From the NCBI RefSeq assembly GCF_036321535.1, contig NC_087437.1, positions 62,746,001 through 62,810,000 on the forward strand: a stretch of 64,000 bases of DNA, in the 5' to 3' direction. The position numbers and the translations under genes are program-made. The notes below the pieces were generated by a model that did no database searches, had not been told where the DNA came from, and saw nothing but the letters and a program-made list of their open reading frames with translations. This DNA is from Camelus dromedarius (lineage: Eukaryota). Positions 37,071-48,890 of the stretch are shown here, one piece after another; positions within the stretch are counted from its first letter, which is position 1; every line of letters begins with the position of its first letter.

Positions 37071-39262
37071 GACTGCAGTTTCAATCCTACAGGGGTCCTG
37101 GAGGAGGGGGAGTTGTTTTCAAGGTTCAAGGGACACAGAGGAGGGCACTGAGGCGAGGGGGTTCCTGACCACTGTGTTTGGCCAAGTAGCATCACAACCC
37201 CGTTGCTTAAAGCACCTTGGGCCGAAGCAACGGCTGCTCCTCAACACCTTCAAGATACTCTCACCTCTGACCCTCCCTGAGCAGACAGGGTGGGCGCATC
37301 CCCAGCCCTTGGACCACTACTGCTCCACCTCTGCTTCCCAAGCACATTCAATGCATGTCATTTCTAGGTCCCCAGCTTTTGGAGGGGGAAAGTGGTTTCG
37401 GCTTAGCTAGCTCGACTAAGAGACTCACATCATCTTCTCTGTAGGGAACGCTCTGTTTTCTGGGATGACCCCCTCTCCATCATCCATCTCCAGCTTCTCC
37501 TCAGCAAGCACAATCAGGGCAGCCTGTCCTCTCTGGGACTGAATCCGAGGCTCAAATTTGAGCTCAGCTCCATCAGCTCTGAGCTGGCTCATAGGCTCTG
37601 AGGAGCAAAGACGCTCTTCAAGCTTCACCCTCTCTCCTCTCTGGATGATAAGAGGCACCATCCTCATGTGGGAGTCACAGAGTTACACCAGGATGCACAA
37701 GAACATGCTGCTGAAACAGGCATCTGGCATAAGCCAGGTGTCAGCAGGCTGGCTACAAAAAGGAGGGCAGGCTCTCTGGGGAGGGTCCCAGAGAGATCAG
37801 TTCTTTCTCTTGACAGCTCGTTTCTTCCTGCTTCAGTTCTCCTTGGAGGCAGCACCACACTGGCCTGACATGTTCCTATTTGAGGTTTCACTTCTGAGCC
37901 CTTTGATATCCTAAGTAATATCAGATGGATAGGAGCCAGTCACAGGCAGGAGATCACACCCAGAACAAAGCAGGCTTGGGGCAATTTCTAACTGTCTTTG
38001 CTGCTCCCTTGGTCTTAAAAGGAAAAAATAAATAAATAAAAGGGAAGAGTGTGGACTGGATGGCATCTACATCTCCCTCTTCCTGAAACTGTATCCTGGG
38101 AGGACTCCCAGACTGTTTGTTGGTCAGTAACTTAGTAACTATTGAGCCATTTCTGGCCGATCCTAACACAGACAGGTAAGTGGAAAAATTTCAGTTAAGA
38201 ATAAAATAAGGCCATTTTCACAAAATTCCCCTTTGTCCTTCTCTTCTTTGAATTGAGGAAGGACACATTTATGCCCACCTAAGCACTCAATATCTCAGCA
38301 TAGTCCTCCATCACATAGGTCAGCCCATCTCTGTGGTGGGGTCCGAATGTTACCCACCTTCCATGAGCAGAGTTAATCACTGAAAGGGCACTGAGAGGTA
38401 CAAGCCAGGGAAAAACTTGAATTTTCAGCTCAAATAAATCATATATTATTTCCACCCTCTGGGTAGAAGGCAAAAGAAAGAAGAGAGGAGGAAACCATCA
38501 TATCTTGGGAAGTCACAGAGCCGGATGGACCTACTCCTGGAAGACTGCAGAGAGGACCTGGGGTAGGCCAGGAACAGGAGCTGAGGGAATGGGGAGAGCG
38601 CAGACTAGGGACAATGTCAGGCCTTTGCAAAATCTATGGATGAAACTAGAAACAGAACCTTGACCCCTTGAGCAGCACTGGAGAGGATTCAGGCTCATCC
38701 CTATAGAGGTATCAGAGCTGGGACAAAGGGCAGGCGGGGAAATTAACAGTAACTGACTGTCTCTAGTGCGGTACACGCAGACCAGAAGTCAAACCCAAGG
38801 GACGTCAGCACTATTGCTCATTTTATAGATTTTAAGCATCTTGTCCAAGGTTATCAACTAGTCAGTGGTTGGGCTGGGATTCACACCCAGGCCTTCCACC
38901 CCAAGACTCTTAGTTACTCCACGCCTCTCACCATCTCATCGTGTGGCCTCATGCATAGCAGGGTCACTTTTGTCTTATTCTCAACCATTAGCCTGTGCAC
39001 ATAACAAAAAGACCAACTTCACAGTTTAAAAACACTTTCACTTAACAGTGTTGCCTCTGAGCCTCCCAGTAACTCTGAGAGAGAGAGATTTTTATCAGCT
39101 TCCCTCAGAGATGCAGAAACTTAAGACAAAGTGATTTTTCTACTTGTGCCAAACCCCATCCTCTTCCCGGCCCATATGACTTCCTGAGTACCAAACCCTC
39201 CCCTGGTTTCTCAAAGATTAGCAAGTACACTTCCAAGGAAAAGATAGACTGATTGTAACTCC

Positions 39263-39342
39263 TTAGGTTTAATCATTTAAAATTGCTGGTATTCAGCCAT
39301 TTTTGACTACAAAAATGGTAATTCATGTGGTTCAACCTAATA
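39263..39342. mobile_element. MADE2-like mariner MITE (~80 bp)
   Basis: TTAGGTTTAATCATTTAAAATTGC...CCATTTTTGACTACAAAAATGG...ATTCATGTGGTTCAACCTAATA: long imperfect terminal inverted repeats, TA end. Confidence 0.8.
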
Positions 39343-39989
39343 AATTGGACTTCAAAGTGAAGATGTTTATGCTATGCTTGGATGGATTAAATATCAGACA
39401 CTCAGGTTTATCACTTTAGGTTACTAAGGGTACTTGCCTGATTTGGATAGAGAGAAAAAAAAAGCACACATTTTTAGAACTGGGAGGGATCCTAGAGGTA
39501 AATCAGGAAGATACGGATGAAAGGTAATAAAGGTGCTATTTTAGAACAAGCAACATAATGAAAAACTATAGGGAATAACCAGGGAAAGAGAGCGGCCTGT
39601 GGAGAGCCTCAGAGTGGAAGGCAGTTACCACTACGCCCTGAGCCCAGAGAAAAGGGGACAAGATCAGAGGTGTGTGCGTGAGAGGCCAGGCACCAATGTA
39701 CAGGGTTAAGCCTGGAACTTCCTAAATTCAAGGACGACTTTAAAACCACACATCTGAACAATCACCTGAAACAAGGCAGGATTGTTGAATTCAATCCAAA
39801 ATGTTTTGTTCTGCTCTAAGGATTTAATGAAGCTGTATGGAGGAATTGCTGGGCTCTTATTAAATTGTCCTTTAGGAAAGAAGGATCTATCATTTTAGAT
39901 GCAAATCGAGTTACTTTGCTCTTGATAAAGATCAGAAGGAGATGGAGAATGAGAATCAGGACTGGTGGGTTTCAAGTGGGGGACTGAGG

Positions 39990-40240
39990 AGGGGAGAACA
40001 GGAGGAGGGATGAGCAGGAAGTATTGGAATTTCAGGACTAAATAAGAGGAATTTTCTAACCATCAGAATTGTACTAAAATGCAACAGGCATCCTCTAAAA
40101 GTAATAGCTCCCCATCCCTGGGAGTGCTCAAGTGTTGCTTGGCTGGTCACCCAAAAGAGACATTTTAGAAGAGGGTCCCTATATTAGGGGAGAGAGTGAA
40201 CCACAAGACTTTCGAGATGCTTTTCAATTCTAAGATTCCA
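39990..40240 (+). mobile_element. CR1/L3 (or MIR3) 3'-end fragment
   Basis: GAATTTTCTAACCATCAGAATTGT...GTAATAGCTCCCCATCCCTGGGAGTGCTCAAG...TTTTCAATTCTAAGATTC. Confidence 0.6.
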
Positions 40241-41415
40241 AGAACCCATAAAATTCAATGTTATGAAGTGAAATGAATCTAATCAAGGACCAATTTTATT
40301 CGGTTATAAAAAGAGAAAGTTTTAATTCTAACCTTTGATAATTTTGAAAAATGACTAGGAACTACTTTCAGAGTCTCTACAAATACATCTTCATCTATCT
40401 TAAAATGCATTTTTCTTCAAGAAGTATTAGCACTCAACTTAATTACAGTTCTCATTCAAATGCATTATTTTTTGGTTTTAGTTATCCTTATCCAACAGTG
40501 ATTTTAAAGAACAACCTTGCCACTATTCTTCATTGCAAACATACCATTCAGTTACATTACTCTTAAATAAAATTTTGTAGGCTGGCGTGGAAACCTATTC
40601 CTAACTCATTCATTACACTTCCATGTATAATTTTGTTCTTCGAGGGAGTGAGTTCTGAATTTCAAAGTGGCTACCTCACAGCTGGCCAATTACAGATGTG
40701 GTCCACCACAGATGGAGTAGGAGTGGAGACCAGCAAGCTGTAGTTTTAACATGTCACTTCATACCTGAAAGCCTATGTTTTGGGAATATTCATCCTTCAA
40801 CTATTTTTTTTTTCCAGCTTCCCATGGTAAAGCCTCATGTTTGATGCCACGGAGTAAACTAAAAACCTGAGGGTTCCATTGCTGATTGGTTACTCCTAAT
40901 GCAGAATTACTAAAAAGAGAGAGAGACCTGTAGTGAACTCTCTGGAGTCAGTAGGCAGGAGGAGACTTTAAGTGTCTGGATTTGATAGCAGAGGAGATAG
41001 GAAAGGCACATTTTGGCTCCTGGAAGCAGAAAGTGCAGGGAGTTCCCATCCTTCAGCAAATCTGTGGGACCGGCTGGACCAGCTCCCAGGGTTGGTTGGC
41101 CCCTATCAGAGCTGGACCCCATTCAGCCTGCTATCCAGCATGCTGCTCAGAGCCATTCTGCTCCAGCCAGGGACACCAGGCTCTTTCTAGTGAGTAAAGC
41201 ACCCACAGGATGAAAGGCCCAGGAGGGAGAGCCCGGAGACCGGTCCCACGCCTCCCGGAAGCCCAGGAGCAGGCGGCCTGCAGAGCTGTGGGTCGAGGAG
41301 GCGGGAGCCCCAAGTCCTCTCCAGCTCTGCCACCAACTCTCCCCAGGGCTCTGGGGAAGTCACCTTGCTTTCCTGGGCCCAAAGGGGCCCCTGTAAGAGA
41401 GGAAACTGCCTAGTG

Positions 41416-41585
41416 CAGTGGTTCTCAGCTCTGCCGTCCCTGGGATTCACCTGAGGAGCATTTAAAACACCTGGGCCCTCGGGCCCACTCGGGAAATTCC
41501 GATTCCTCACATTCCAGGTGGGGTCTGGGCCTTGTCATTTGGTAACACTTCCAGATGATTCTAGGCAGTGGGGTTGAGAACCCTG
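41416..41585. mobile_element. MER5-family hAT MITE
   Basis: CAGTGGTTCTCAGCT...TCACCTGAGGAGCATTTAAAA...CCAGATGATTCTA...GTTGAGAACCCTG. Confidence 0.75.
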
Positions 41586-42788
41586 GTAGAGTGGTTCTCT
41601 ACCCTCCCCCTTCGGTGCTGACATTTGGGGTTCTGGGCCTCTGTTTCTGGGGGTGGCAGTCGTGGCCTGAGCACTCACATGGAATTCAGCACATCATACA
41701 GAAACTTCCCTGCTTCTCACAGCCCGGAGGAGCACTGGCCTGATGGTCTCTCGAAGGTTAAGAGGACCAGCTGCCTTCTAAGGATGGAAAAAGAACTGGA
41801 TTCTGACTTCCAGTAAGACTTATCCTCTCCCACAACCCCCAGAAGAACGTTTAGGAATTCTCAGTCCCGTTGGGAATAACTTAGAAGGTGGAGCTCCCGC
41901 CAGAGACAAATCACCCTGACAGAAGAGCAGGCCAGGTGGCCAGCGGCTGCCAGCTGGATGGGAGGGGGAACAGCTTAAGGAATTTCTGCTAAGAGGCCAG
42001 CACTCCAGACAGAGAGAGGGAGGGGATTTTCCAAGTTGGGGCACATTCTTCCAGATGAGGCCTTGTTGGGGCCATAAGGATGCTCCACGGAGAACAGAGA
42101 CTTAAGCCTGACTGCTGGGAGTCGGGCACCTGTATGTCCTGAGCCCAAAGAGATGAGAGGGCAGAAAGAGCTCGGAGGTTGCCATTATAAGGCCCAGCTT
42201 AATCAGCCTAGGCTTGGAGAGAGCAAACAGCCTGCAAACAGGAAGAGCCAAGGAAATGGGGGGGGGGGGGACTGGAGGTGGTGCCTGTAAGAAGCCACGA
42301 TGGCGGCAAGGTTAGCTGGAAAGTTCTGTGACACCCTCCCTGCTTTCTCTCCTGCCTCTATTTTGCATCCATCGTCCTCAGCTCCCTCCCACTGGAGTTC
42401 TTACCCTGAGTGCCTCCATCTCCCACCTCTGGATCACAGACCACTCTGACTCTGCATCTTGGTTGTGGGTTTGCTACTGCCACACATATTATGTACACAT
42501 AGGGGTGGCTGAGCCAGGACAGGGAGGGGATGCACCCAGCCAGAGATTAGGGAGGCCAAGCCTGGGGCAAGAAATTTCAGGTCTTCCCTTGATGCAAAAG
42601 TCCTTACTGATGGACTTCCCCACACTTGGAGGTGTATGACCAGTTAGCCTTTCCCAGAAAATAAATTGCTGTCCTTGGTTTTGTCTCTGGAGATGGGGTT
42701 TTGTCTCTAGACTGGACTCGTGGGAGTCTATAGTTATGTCACTGAATAATCTATGATAAGTGATACAATAACTGTAACTTATGACAAC

Positions 42789-42809
42789 TAAGATGTGCTG
42801 AGTGCCAGG

Positions 42810-42846
<37 letters not shown>

Positions 42847-42864
42847 GTGCTGAGTGCCAGGAGC
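42789..42864 (-). repeat. 28-29 nt poly(T) flanked by a perfect 24-bp direct repeat
   Basis: TAAGATGTGCTGAGTGCCAGGAGC at 42789-42812 and 42841-42864, with only T between the copies. Confidence 0.93.
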
Positions 42865-42982
42865 TGTTGTTGTTTTTTTGTTCTAATTAGGTTTATTTAT
42901 TTTTAGAGGAGGTACTACGGATTGAACCCAGGGCCTCGTGCATGCTAAGCATGTGCTCTACCACTGAGCTGTACCTTCCCCC
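42865..42982 (-). mobile_element. tRNA-Ala-like SINE (camelid Vic-1-like), sense to KALRN
   Basis: Reverse complement of the same SINE head with A and B boxes; short flanking repeat TGCCAGG at 42855-42861 and 42983-42989; interrupts a MIR-like sequence. Confidence 0.85.
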
Positions 42983-43367
42983 TGCCAGGCAATGTTCTAA
43001 GTGTTTTGTATATTTTATCTCATTTCACCCACACAAGTCTAACCTCTCTGTGCCCCAGTTTCCCCCTTGGTGAGACTTCAGACAACCATACACCCCAGTT
43101 CCTCTGCTTTTCCCTTCCCTGGCACCACGAGCTTCTCTGGTGGCTACTTCAAAGGGCCGAGGGGCTGCACCTGCAATTTCAAATTCCACACAACTTCCTG
43201 ACACAATTCTTCCGTAGTCTTCAGAGAAAAGGGGGCTGGGTGAGGGGGAGCACAGAGTGTGGCTGTGTGTGTGGAGGATGGAGAATCAGGTTTTAGTTGC
43301 TATTCTCCAGGTGAAAAAAGCCCCAAGGCCCATGGAAGAGCAGGGCAGCACCAATAATGCAGCTTGC

Positions 43368-43386
43368 TAGCGCCACCTCGTGGAGG
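43368..43386 (-). promoter_or_regulatory. CTCF motif
   Basis: Minus strand CCTCCACGAGGTGGCGCTA, a close match to core CCASYAGRKGGCRS. Confidence 0.7.
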
Positions 43387-43686
43387 GAAGGAGGAAGTTA
43401 GGCTTTGGAGATGAAACATGGAATTCCAGAAACGAAAACATTTCACAATTAGTCCCTAGTAGCAACAGGTCTCCATGGCAACTCTTATCCCTGCCTCCCG
43501 ACGGAATCAGGTCCCTCCCTCTTGCCATTCCATAAATACCCGGCACAGGTCTGCATGGAAACTCTGATGTAGTTACCAAAAGAAGCTCAGAACTAAGAGA
43601 ACTCTGTGTCTGCCGCTCTCTGGGCCTCAGTTTCCTCAGTGTAAAATGAGTGACTTCAAGGCTCCAGCCAGCCTGGACTTCTGAGT

Positions 43687-43872
43687 CAGTGGCTGTCATA
43701 CTTCAGTGTGCACTGGAGTCCCCTGGAGGCTTGTTAAGATGCAAACTGCTGGCCCCACCCCAGTGTTTCTGGCCTGGTAGGTCAGGAGTGTGGTCTGAGA
43801 ATTTGCATTCCTCAAAGTTTCCTGGGGATGCTGTCAGTCCAAAACCACCCCCCTCACCCTGGAGAATCACTG
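43687..43872. mobile_element. MER5A-like hAT MITE
   Basis: CAGTGGCTGTCATACTT...GGCTTGTTAAGATGCAAACTGCTGGCCCCACCCC...GAGAATTTGCATTCCTCAAAGTTTCC...GAGAATCACTG. Confidence 0.72.
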
Positions 43873-44502
43873 TTTTCTGTGGTTCAGTCTCCCGGTGTGA
43901 GAAAAGTGAATAAACAGCCATGTGGAGGGAACACAGAGCTTATATAAAACAGAAGCCAAGGCTCCAATAATTTGTCCACAAAGATACACAAATGAGTGTC
44001 TCAGACCCCTGCAGGGCTGAGGGGACGGTCACACCTGACTTGGTTGTGCTCTGTGTTCCCCTGGGGTTTGCTCAGTCCTCTGTGAAGTGTGAGCATCCAG
44101 GTGGGGTGAGGGGGCCAGGGAGCCTGCAGTAGCTGTGGAGGGGGTGGGGTCAGTGAGAAAGGAGGAGTCGCGGCTTTTGGCCACGGGTGGAAGAGGACTC
44201 TTCTGGAGGTTGGGCGATACAGTGGGAGACTCAGAAGAGCTCTTAGGGGTCATCTAAGTCAACCTTCATTTTTAAGATGAAACTGACTCAGAAAGGTGAA
44301 CTGACTTTTCCAAAGTCACACGGCGATTCCACAGCTCTTTCCCTTTCAGCTCCCAACCACGCTCCTCACGGGTAGGTCCCAGAGATCCCACAAGGTCAAA
44401 AAGGTTCCTGAGACAGCTGAGAATCATGATGCTCTTCAGTTAGCAAGGGCCAGCACCCGCCGCAGCCTCCGGGCCACACCCCTCTCCCTCCACTCTCCCT
44501 AC

Positions 44503-44749
44503 CTTTCACCAAGGGGAAGAAGCAATCCATCTCCACGCTGCTTCGGGAGTGGGAGATGCACAGGGCGCTGCTGGGGACCAGGCCCTCCTGGGGGGGGCTC
44601 CGTTCCGTGGTGCGGACCAGACACCAGCCCGGCCGCTCACTCGGCCGCTCCAGCAGCTCAACCGTCTGTCCCACCTGGATGCTCAGCTCGCTGCTGTGGC
44701 CTGCGTTGAAGTCCTGGAGGACCACGGTCAACTCACAGCCACCTGAGAG
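44503..44749 (-). CDS. KALRN: KALRN internal coding exon encoding the first SH3 domain (82 codons + 1 nt; phase 0 to phase 1)
   Basis: Translates as LSGGCELTVVLQDFNAGHSSELSIQVGQTVELLERPSERPGWCLVRTTERSPPQEGLVPSSALCISHSRSSVEMDCFFPLVK, with an SH3 signature (xxDF..EL...G..V.LL..GW...EGLVP). It matches kalirin rather than TRIO as I recall them. Acceptor is ...ccccaag|CTC after a long pyrimidine tract; donor is AAAG|gtaggg. Length 247 nt. Confidence 0.96.
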
Positions 44750-46455
44750 CTTGGGGGTGGGGTGGGGGAGAGTAAGACATGGGGGCAGAGAGGAAGGATG
44801 CAGGTGGGCAAGAGGGGAAGGAGGGAGAGTGCATGAGAGCAGAGGAGACAAGGAAGGAAAAGAGAAAAGGTGGGGTTCAGGGTGCCAACAAGGCAGAAGA
44901 TGGAAAAGGGGGTTGGGAATTGGAAAGAGAATAAGAAAAAAAAAAAAACAGAAATTAACATAGCACCATTCAATCATTCAGCTGTTCCAGCTGCAGCAAC
45001 AGTCTGGAGACTGCCCAGAACCAGTCTTTGCTTCTAATTCCTTTTTATTTGGTTGGAGTTTTTTCCCTTTTTCCTTTACCAAGCTTCCAGCTAATTGTGT
45101 CCTCCAACCCCTTCCCCAGTGTGTCCCTTGATTTCTTACAAGGGCTCCGCCCCGTGCCCCTGCCGACCTGCACTTCCACCCCTTCTTGGCCTCATTTCTA
45201 CTCACCCTCACTGGATTCTAGCTGGTGTTGGGAATAATGGAAGAGATGGCATCCTTTCCCTTTCACCCCTGCCACCTTCCCCATCCCCACCACTAGCTGG
45301 ACCATTAGCATAAAACGGAGGCACCAGTGACATACAAAAGAATGAGCCCTCAACTCAAAGGCAGAAGCAGAACACGGTTTATCTGGAAGGGGAATAGAAC
45401 TGTTTTATGCCAGCTCAGCCACTGGGGACCAGGAGAGAGGATGGGAAACTGGGAAGGGGAGAAGGGGCACATCCTTCTTAGGCGCTGTCCTCAGTGCTCC
45501 ACCCTGTTCTCCCTCAGGGCCTGGCACCGAGCCTGGGGCAGAACCAATAAAACTGGGCAGAGAGACCCCAGGATAGAAACACCCTCTACGAGCTGAACAC
45601 TGAGACTCTCACCCTCACCGTGAGAAACCATTAAGTATTCATTTGCCTTCTAGAACTGAGCACAAAGCCTCCCTCTTGGAAGAGCTGCTGCCCTTAGGGA
45701 GAGCGTGAGAAGGAGGGAAGGGAAGGAAAGGGGGCCCCCCAAGCAGCCTGTTCTCTAAGGTTCAAGGGGAAAGCCCCCTCCCACCTCCAGGAAACTCGCC
45801 TCCAATCTGCACATCTCTGATTTAAGCCTTCAGGTTAATGCACTAGTTCAGATACGCTGTTAGCTATTCCACACACATTCTGGGAGGCGTCTAAACGCAG
45901 CGAACATCACAGTGAGGAGGGGATCAACGGTCCCACCAGGACCAAGAGCTCCGCATTCAGGACTGTGACAATTTTCTATTAAAGGAAATTGAATGTCACA
46001 GTGGGCTTCAAAAGGTTAACATGATGCGCCAGACTGATGGTTGCAGAGTGCATAATCTCCAACCACAGAGCAGGAAGCCCCCTCTAAACACATTTCCATG
46101 GATGGGCGTGGTACTGCCGTCAGGGTTAGATCAAGGAGAGAAACTGTAGGACAGAAGGTGGGAGATGGGAGGAGACAGAAGAAATCAACATGTTTTTGGT
46201 TCATTTTTTCCACTAATGTTGTTGGTTCCTTTAAATACGCAGACCCCACTCCCCGACTCTCCTGGTGCTATCTTCCCTAAAGTGTCATTTAGAGAAGGAT
46301 GCTGTGGGGTGGTAATGCCTCAGGTCTGAAGAGTGGTTTTACAGTGCGTAAAACACCTTCACATAAATTATCCATTCCATCATCATAATAACCAGGCGTT
46401 ATTAACGTCTCCATCTCATAGGTCAAGAAATAAAAGTCTCAGAAATGTGAAGATC

Positions 46456-46685
46456 AGGGGTTGGAACCTTGAGTGTGCATAAAAATCACCTAGGGAGGTT
46501 ACTGAAAATGCAGATTCCCTAGCTGGTCCCCTCCTTGCTCCAACCCCCCATCACAGATTATGAGTCAGAAGGCTGGGGTTAGGGTCCAGACATGCATACT
46601 TTAAATAAGGAGTGTCCCTTCCCCCTGAAACTCACAATTCTGAGAAGGGGGGTCTCTGGGATACTGCAGGAGAAATGCTAGCTGG
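46456..46685. mobile_element. MER5-family hAT MITE
   Basis: CTTGAGTGTGCATAAAAATCACCTAGGGAGGTTACTGAAAATGCAGATTCC...GAGAAATGCT. Confidence 0.6.
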
Positions 46686-47266
46686 CTGGTTTCCCACAGT
46701 CACCCAGCTGGACTTGAACCCAGACCTCAACTACAAATCCCACAAACCACACCATAAATCACACCCATGGGGCAAATTATAGGCATATTTTCAGGAGTGT
46801 TTATGGTTGGAGGGGATGGGAGGCAGGTGGGGAGAAGAAGACATCAGTGGCCTGAGCTCCTGGACCTCTAAGGGTTTGCTTGCCCTATATCCAGTCTCTT
46901 AGACTTTGTGGATTGCAATTTACATCATGACCAGTCTACACCACATATGAACAGCTGTATCACTGAAACACAGATTTCACTCTGACACTATATATTTTTT
47001 TCTCAATGGCTGGTGGCATCCTACTAAATCGATTCCACTTTCCACTAATGGACCATCTGAGAATGCTGGGCTACATGACCACGAAATTTCCTTAAGTCTG
47101 AGAAGTTCTGTCACTGGGCTTCTATGCCTCTGTGGAGTTCTCCTCGGTGCCAACCTCAGGTCCTCAGATTCTTCCATGGTGGGCTGAGGTGGGGGCAGGA
47201 GAGGATAAAGAACCAGGCAGTGTGTTTCTACAATTCAAGATCCAGTTCCTGGAGAGAAGCCTGGAA

Positions 47267-47285
47267 ACACCACTAGGTGGTGCTG
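47267..47285 (+). promoter_or_regulatory. CTCF motif (GGT variant)
   Basis: ACACCACTAGGTGGTGCTG; one mismatch to the core (GGT for GGC). Confidence 0.5.
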
Positions 47286-48725
47286 TTTGCCTCCTGCAGG
47301 CTGCTGGGTCCAGGGCCCAAGAGGAAGTGGGAGGGAGATGATGGACAGGCACTTCTGCAGTGCTCAAGCTCTAGATCCAGCCAAAACCGATTATAAGTCA
47401 AACCCAGGATGCATATCCTGGCTCCCTGCACCTCAATGGCTTGGTCCAAGAGATGTACCGCCTGGGGTGCCCACCCCATGGTCATGAGGGAACTCCAAAG
47501 GGTGTCCGTTGAGGGGGTGAGGAGAAACGCATGAGTCAGTGGTCAGGATGGCTGCCCCTGAAACAGTCCCTCCTCATCCTCTCCCCAGAGCAACAGGGAA
47601 GTTTCAGGGCACACGGGGACTTGGGGTTCGCACTTGAGAAACTGCTTCAGAGAACACACATGGAATCAGTACTGGGACGTTCGAAGAGCCCCTGCCAGCA
47701 GGGGGAGGGGTTGAGGGTAGAGGGGCCAACAGACCTCTGAGGAGGCTTAGCGCACTTCAGGCTTTTACCTGCAGTCCTTACAAGCATTCATTCACGCTTC
47801 GCGCTTCGTGCAGGACTGGGATGAGCCACACACCTGCTGAACGTTAATTAGAGTGTGACCCTCATGAACCAGTAAAACCCACATTCCCTCACAAATACTA
47901 AATTATCAGTTTCATAGAAAAGTACGCGTGTGTCCTTCTTCTTTCTGACCGGTTCTGGGGTGTGTGTCCCTGAGCCCCAGGGCTGTGATTTTCTCTTCTC
48001 CTCCCATTTCCAAAGGAACCGCAGGTGCGTCCGCACCCCCACGGCTTCTCACCGCCACACTCCGATCCTTTGCCACTTCTCTCCCTGAGCTAAATCCTAG
48101 GTCCCGGGAACTTAAATGGGTTCACCCGACAGCCTGCTGTAGAAAACGCTGGAGACAACATCTCTCGTTTTCACCTAATTCTTTCCTCCTCCACAGCCAT
48201 TTAAAAACATTAAGAAGTTTGAATATCCTCCTTTGCAAATCTTTAGATTTTTATTTTGTATTTCTTGGCATAGTCATTGTCTAATTTTCCCTTTGGGCCT
48301 GCAGGTCATGTTTCACGTCTGGCTTCATTTTCAGCACTTCCTCGTCAGAGCTGACCCCTGTGTGCTTTCCCAGCACAAAGCCACACACACAACGCTGTCT
48401 CTCAGTGGTCCCCTGCTTGACTAATTAACCATGGAGACACCGACTGAGCTGGAAAACCACTGCCCATTTGCCGTCCTTGCCTCCCTACTGGGCTTGTCTT
48501 TGGCCACCTGACCCCTCCCCGGCTAGGGCCAGTCACGGCCCCTCTGTCTTACACTCTATCACTGTCTCTCAATGGCTACATCTCCCACATACTGACTTAC
48601 TGTAAAGATGACTTTATTCTTCATTGTCAATTTTTAATTGTCCTTGAAGAGCTGCTTCCTCCTGAGTACTCCTCCCCTCCCCCAGACCATCTTCCCATTT
48701 CATGGTTCTAAACCTTGCTTACTTC

Positions 48726-48890
48726 CTTTTTTTAAAATACTTTATTTATTATCATATTATTTAATTATTTTGGCAGGGGGTGGGGGAAGTAATCAGGTTT
48801 AGTTATTTTTTGAGGAGGTACTGGGGATTGAATCCAGGACCTCATGCCTGCTAAGCATGTGCTCTACGGCTTGAGCTACACCTTCCCCCC
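48726..48890 (-). mobile_element. tRNA-Ala-like SINE (camelid Vic-1-like)
   Basis: SINE head on the minus strand with AT-rich tail; imperfect TSD AACCTTGCTTACTT (48711) / AACTTTGCTTGCTT (48891). Confidence 0.85.

Noticed and set aside
40250..40830. AT-rich unique-looking stretch, considered as a transposase relic or conserved element
   Set aside because: No terminal repeats or protein motif that I can support by eye; it needs a Dfam or conservation search.
44750..44977. N-terminal 76 aa of the 193-aa ORF upstream of the SH3 exon
   Set aside because: It is the translated intronic polypyrimidine tract (F/L/P/S-rich); kalirin similarity starts exactly at the AG acceptor.
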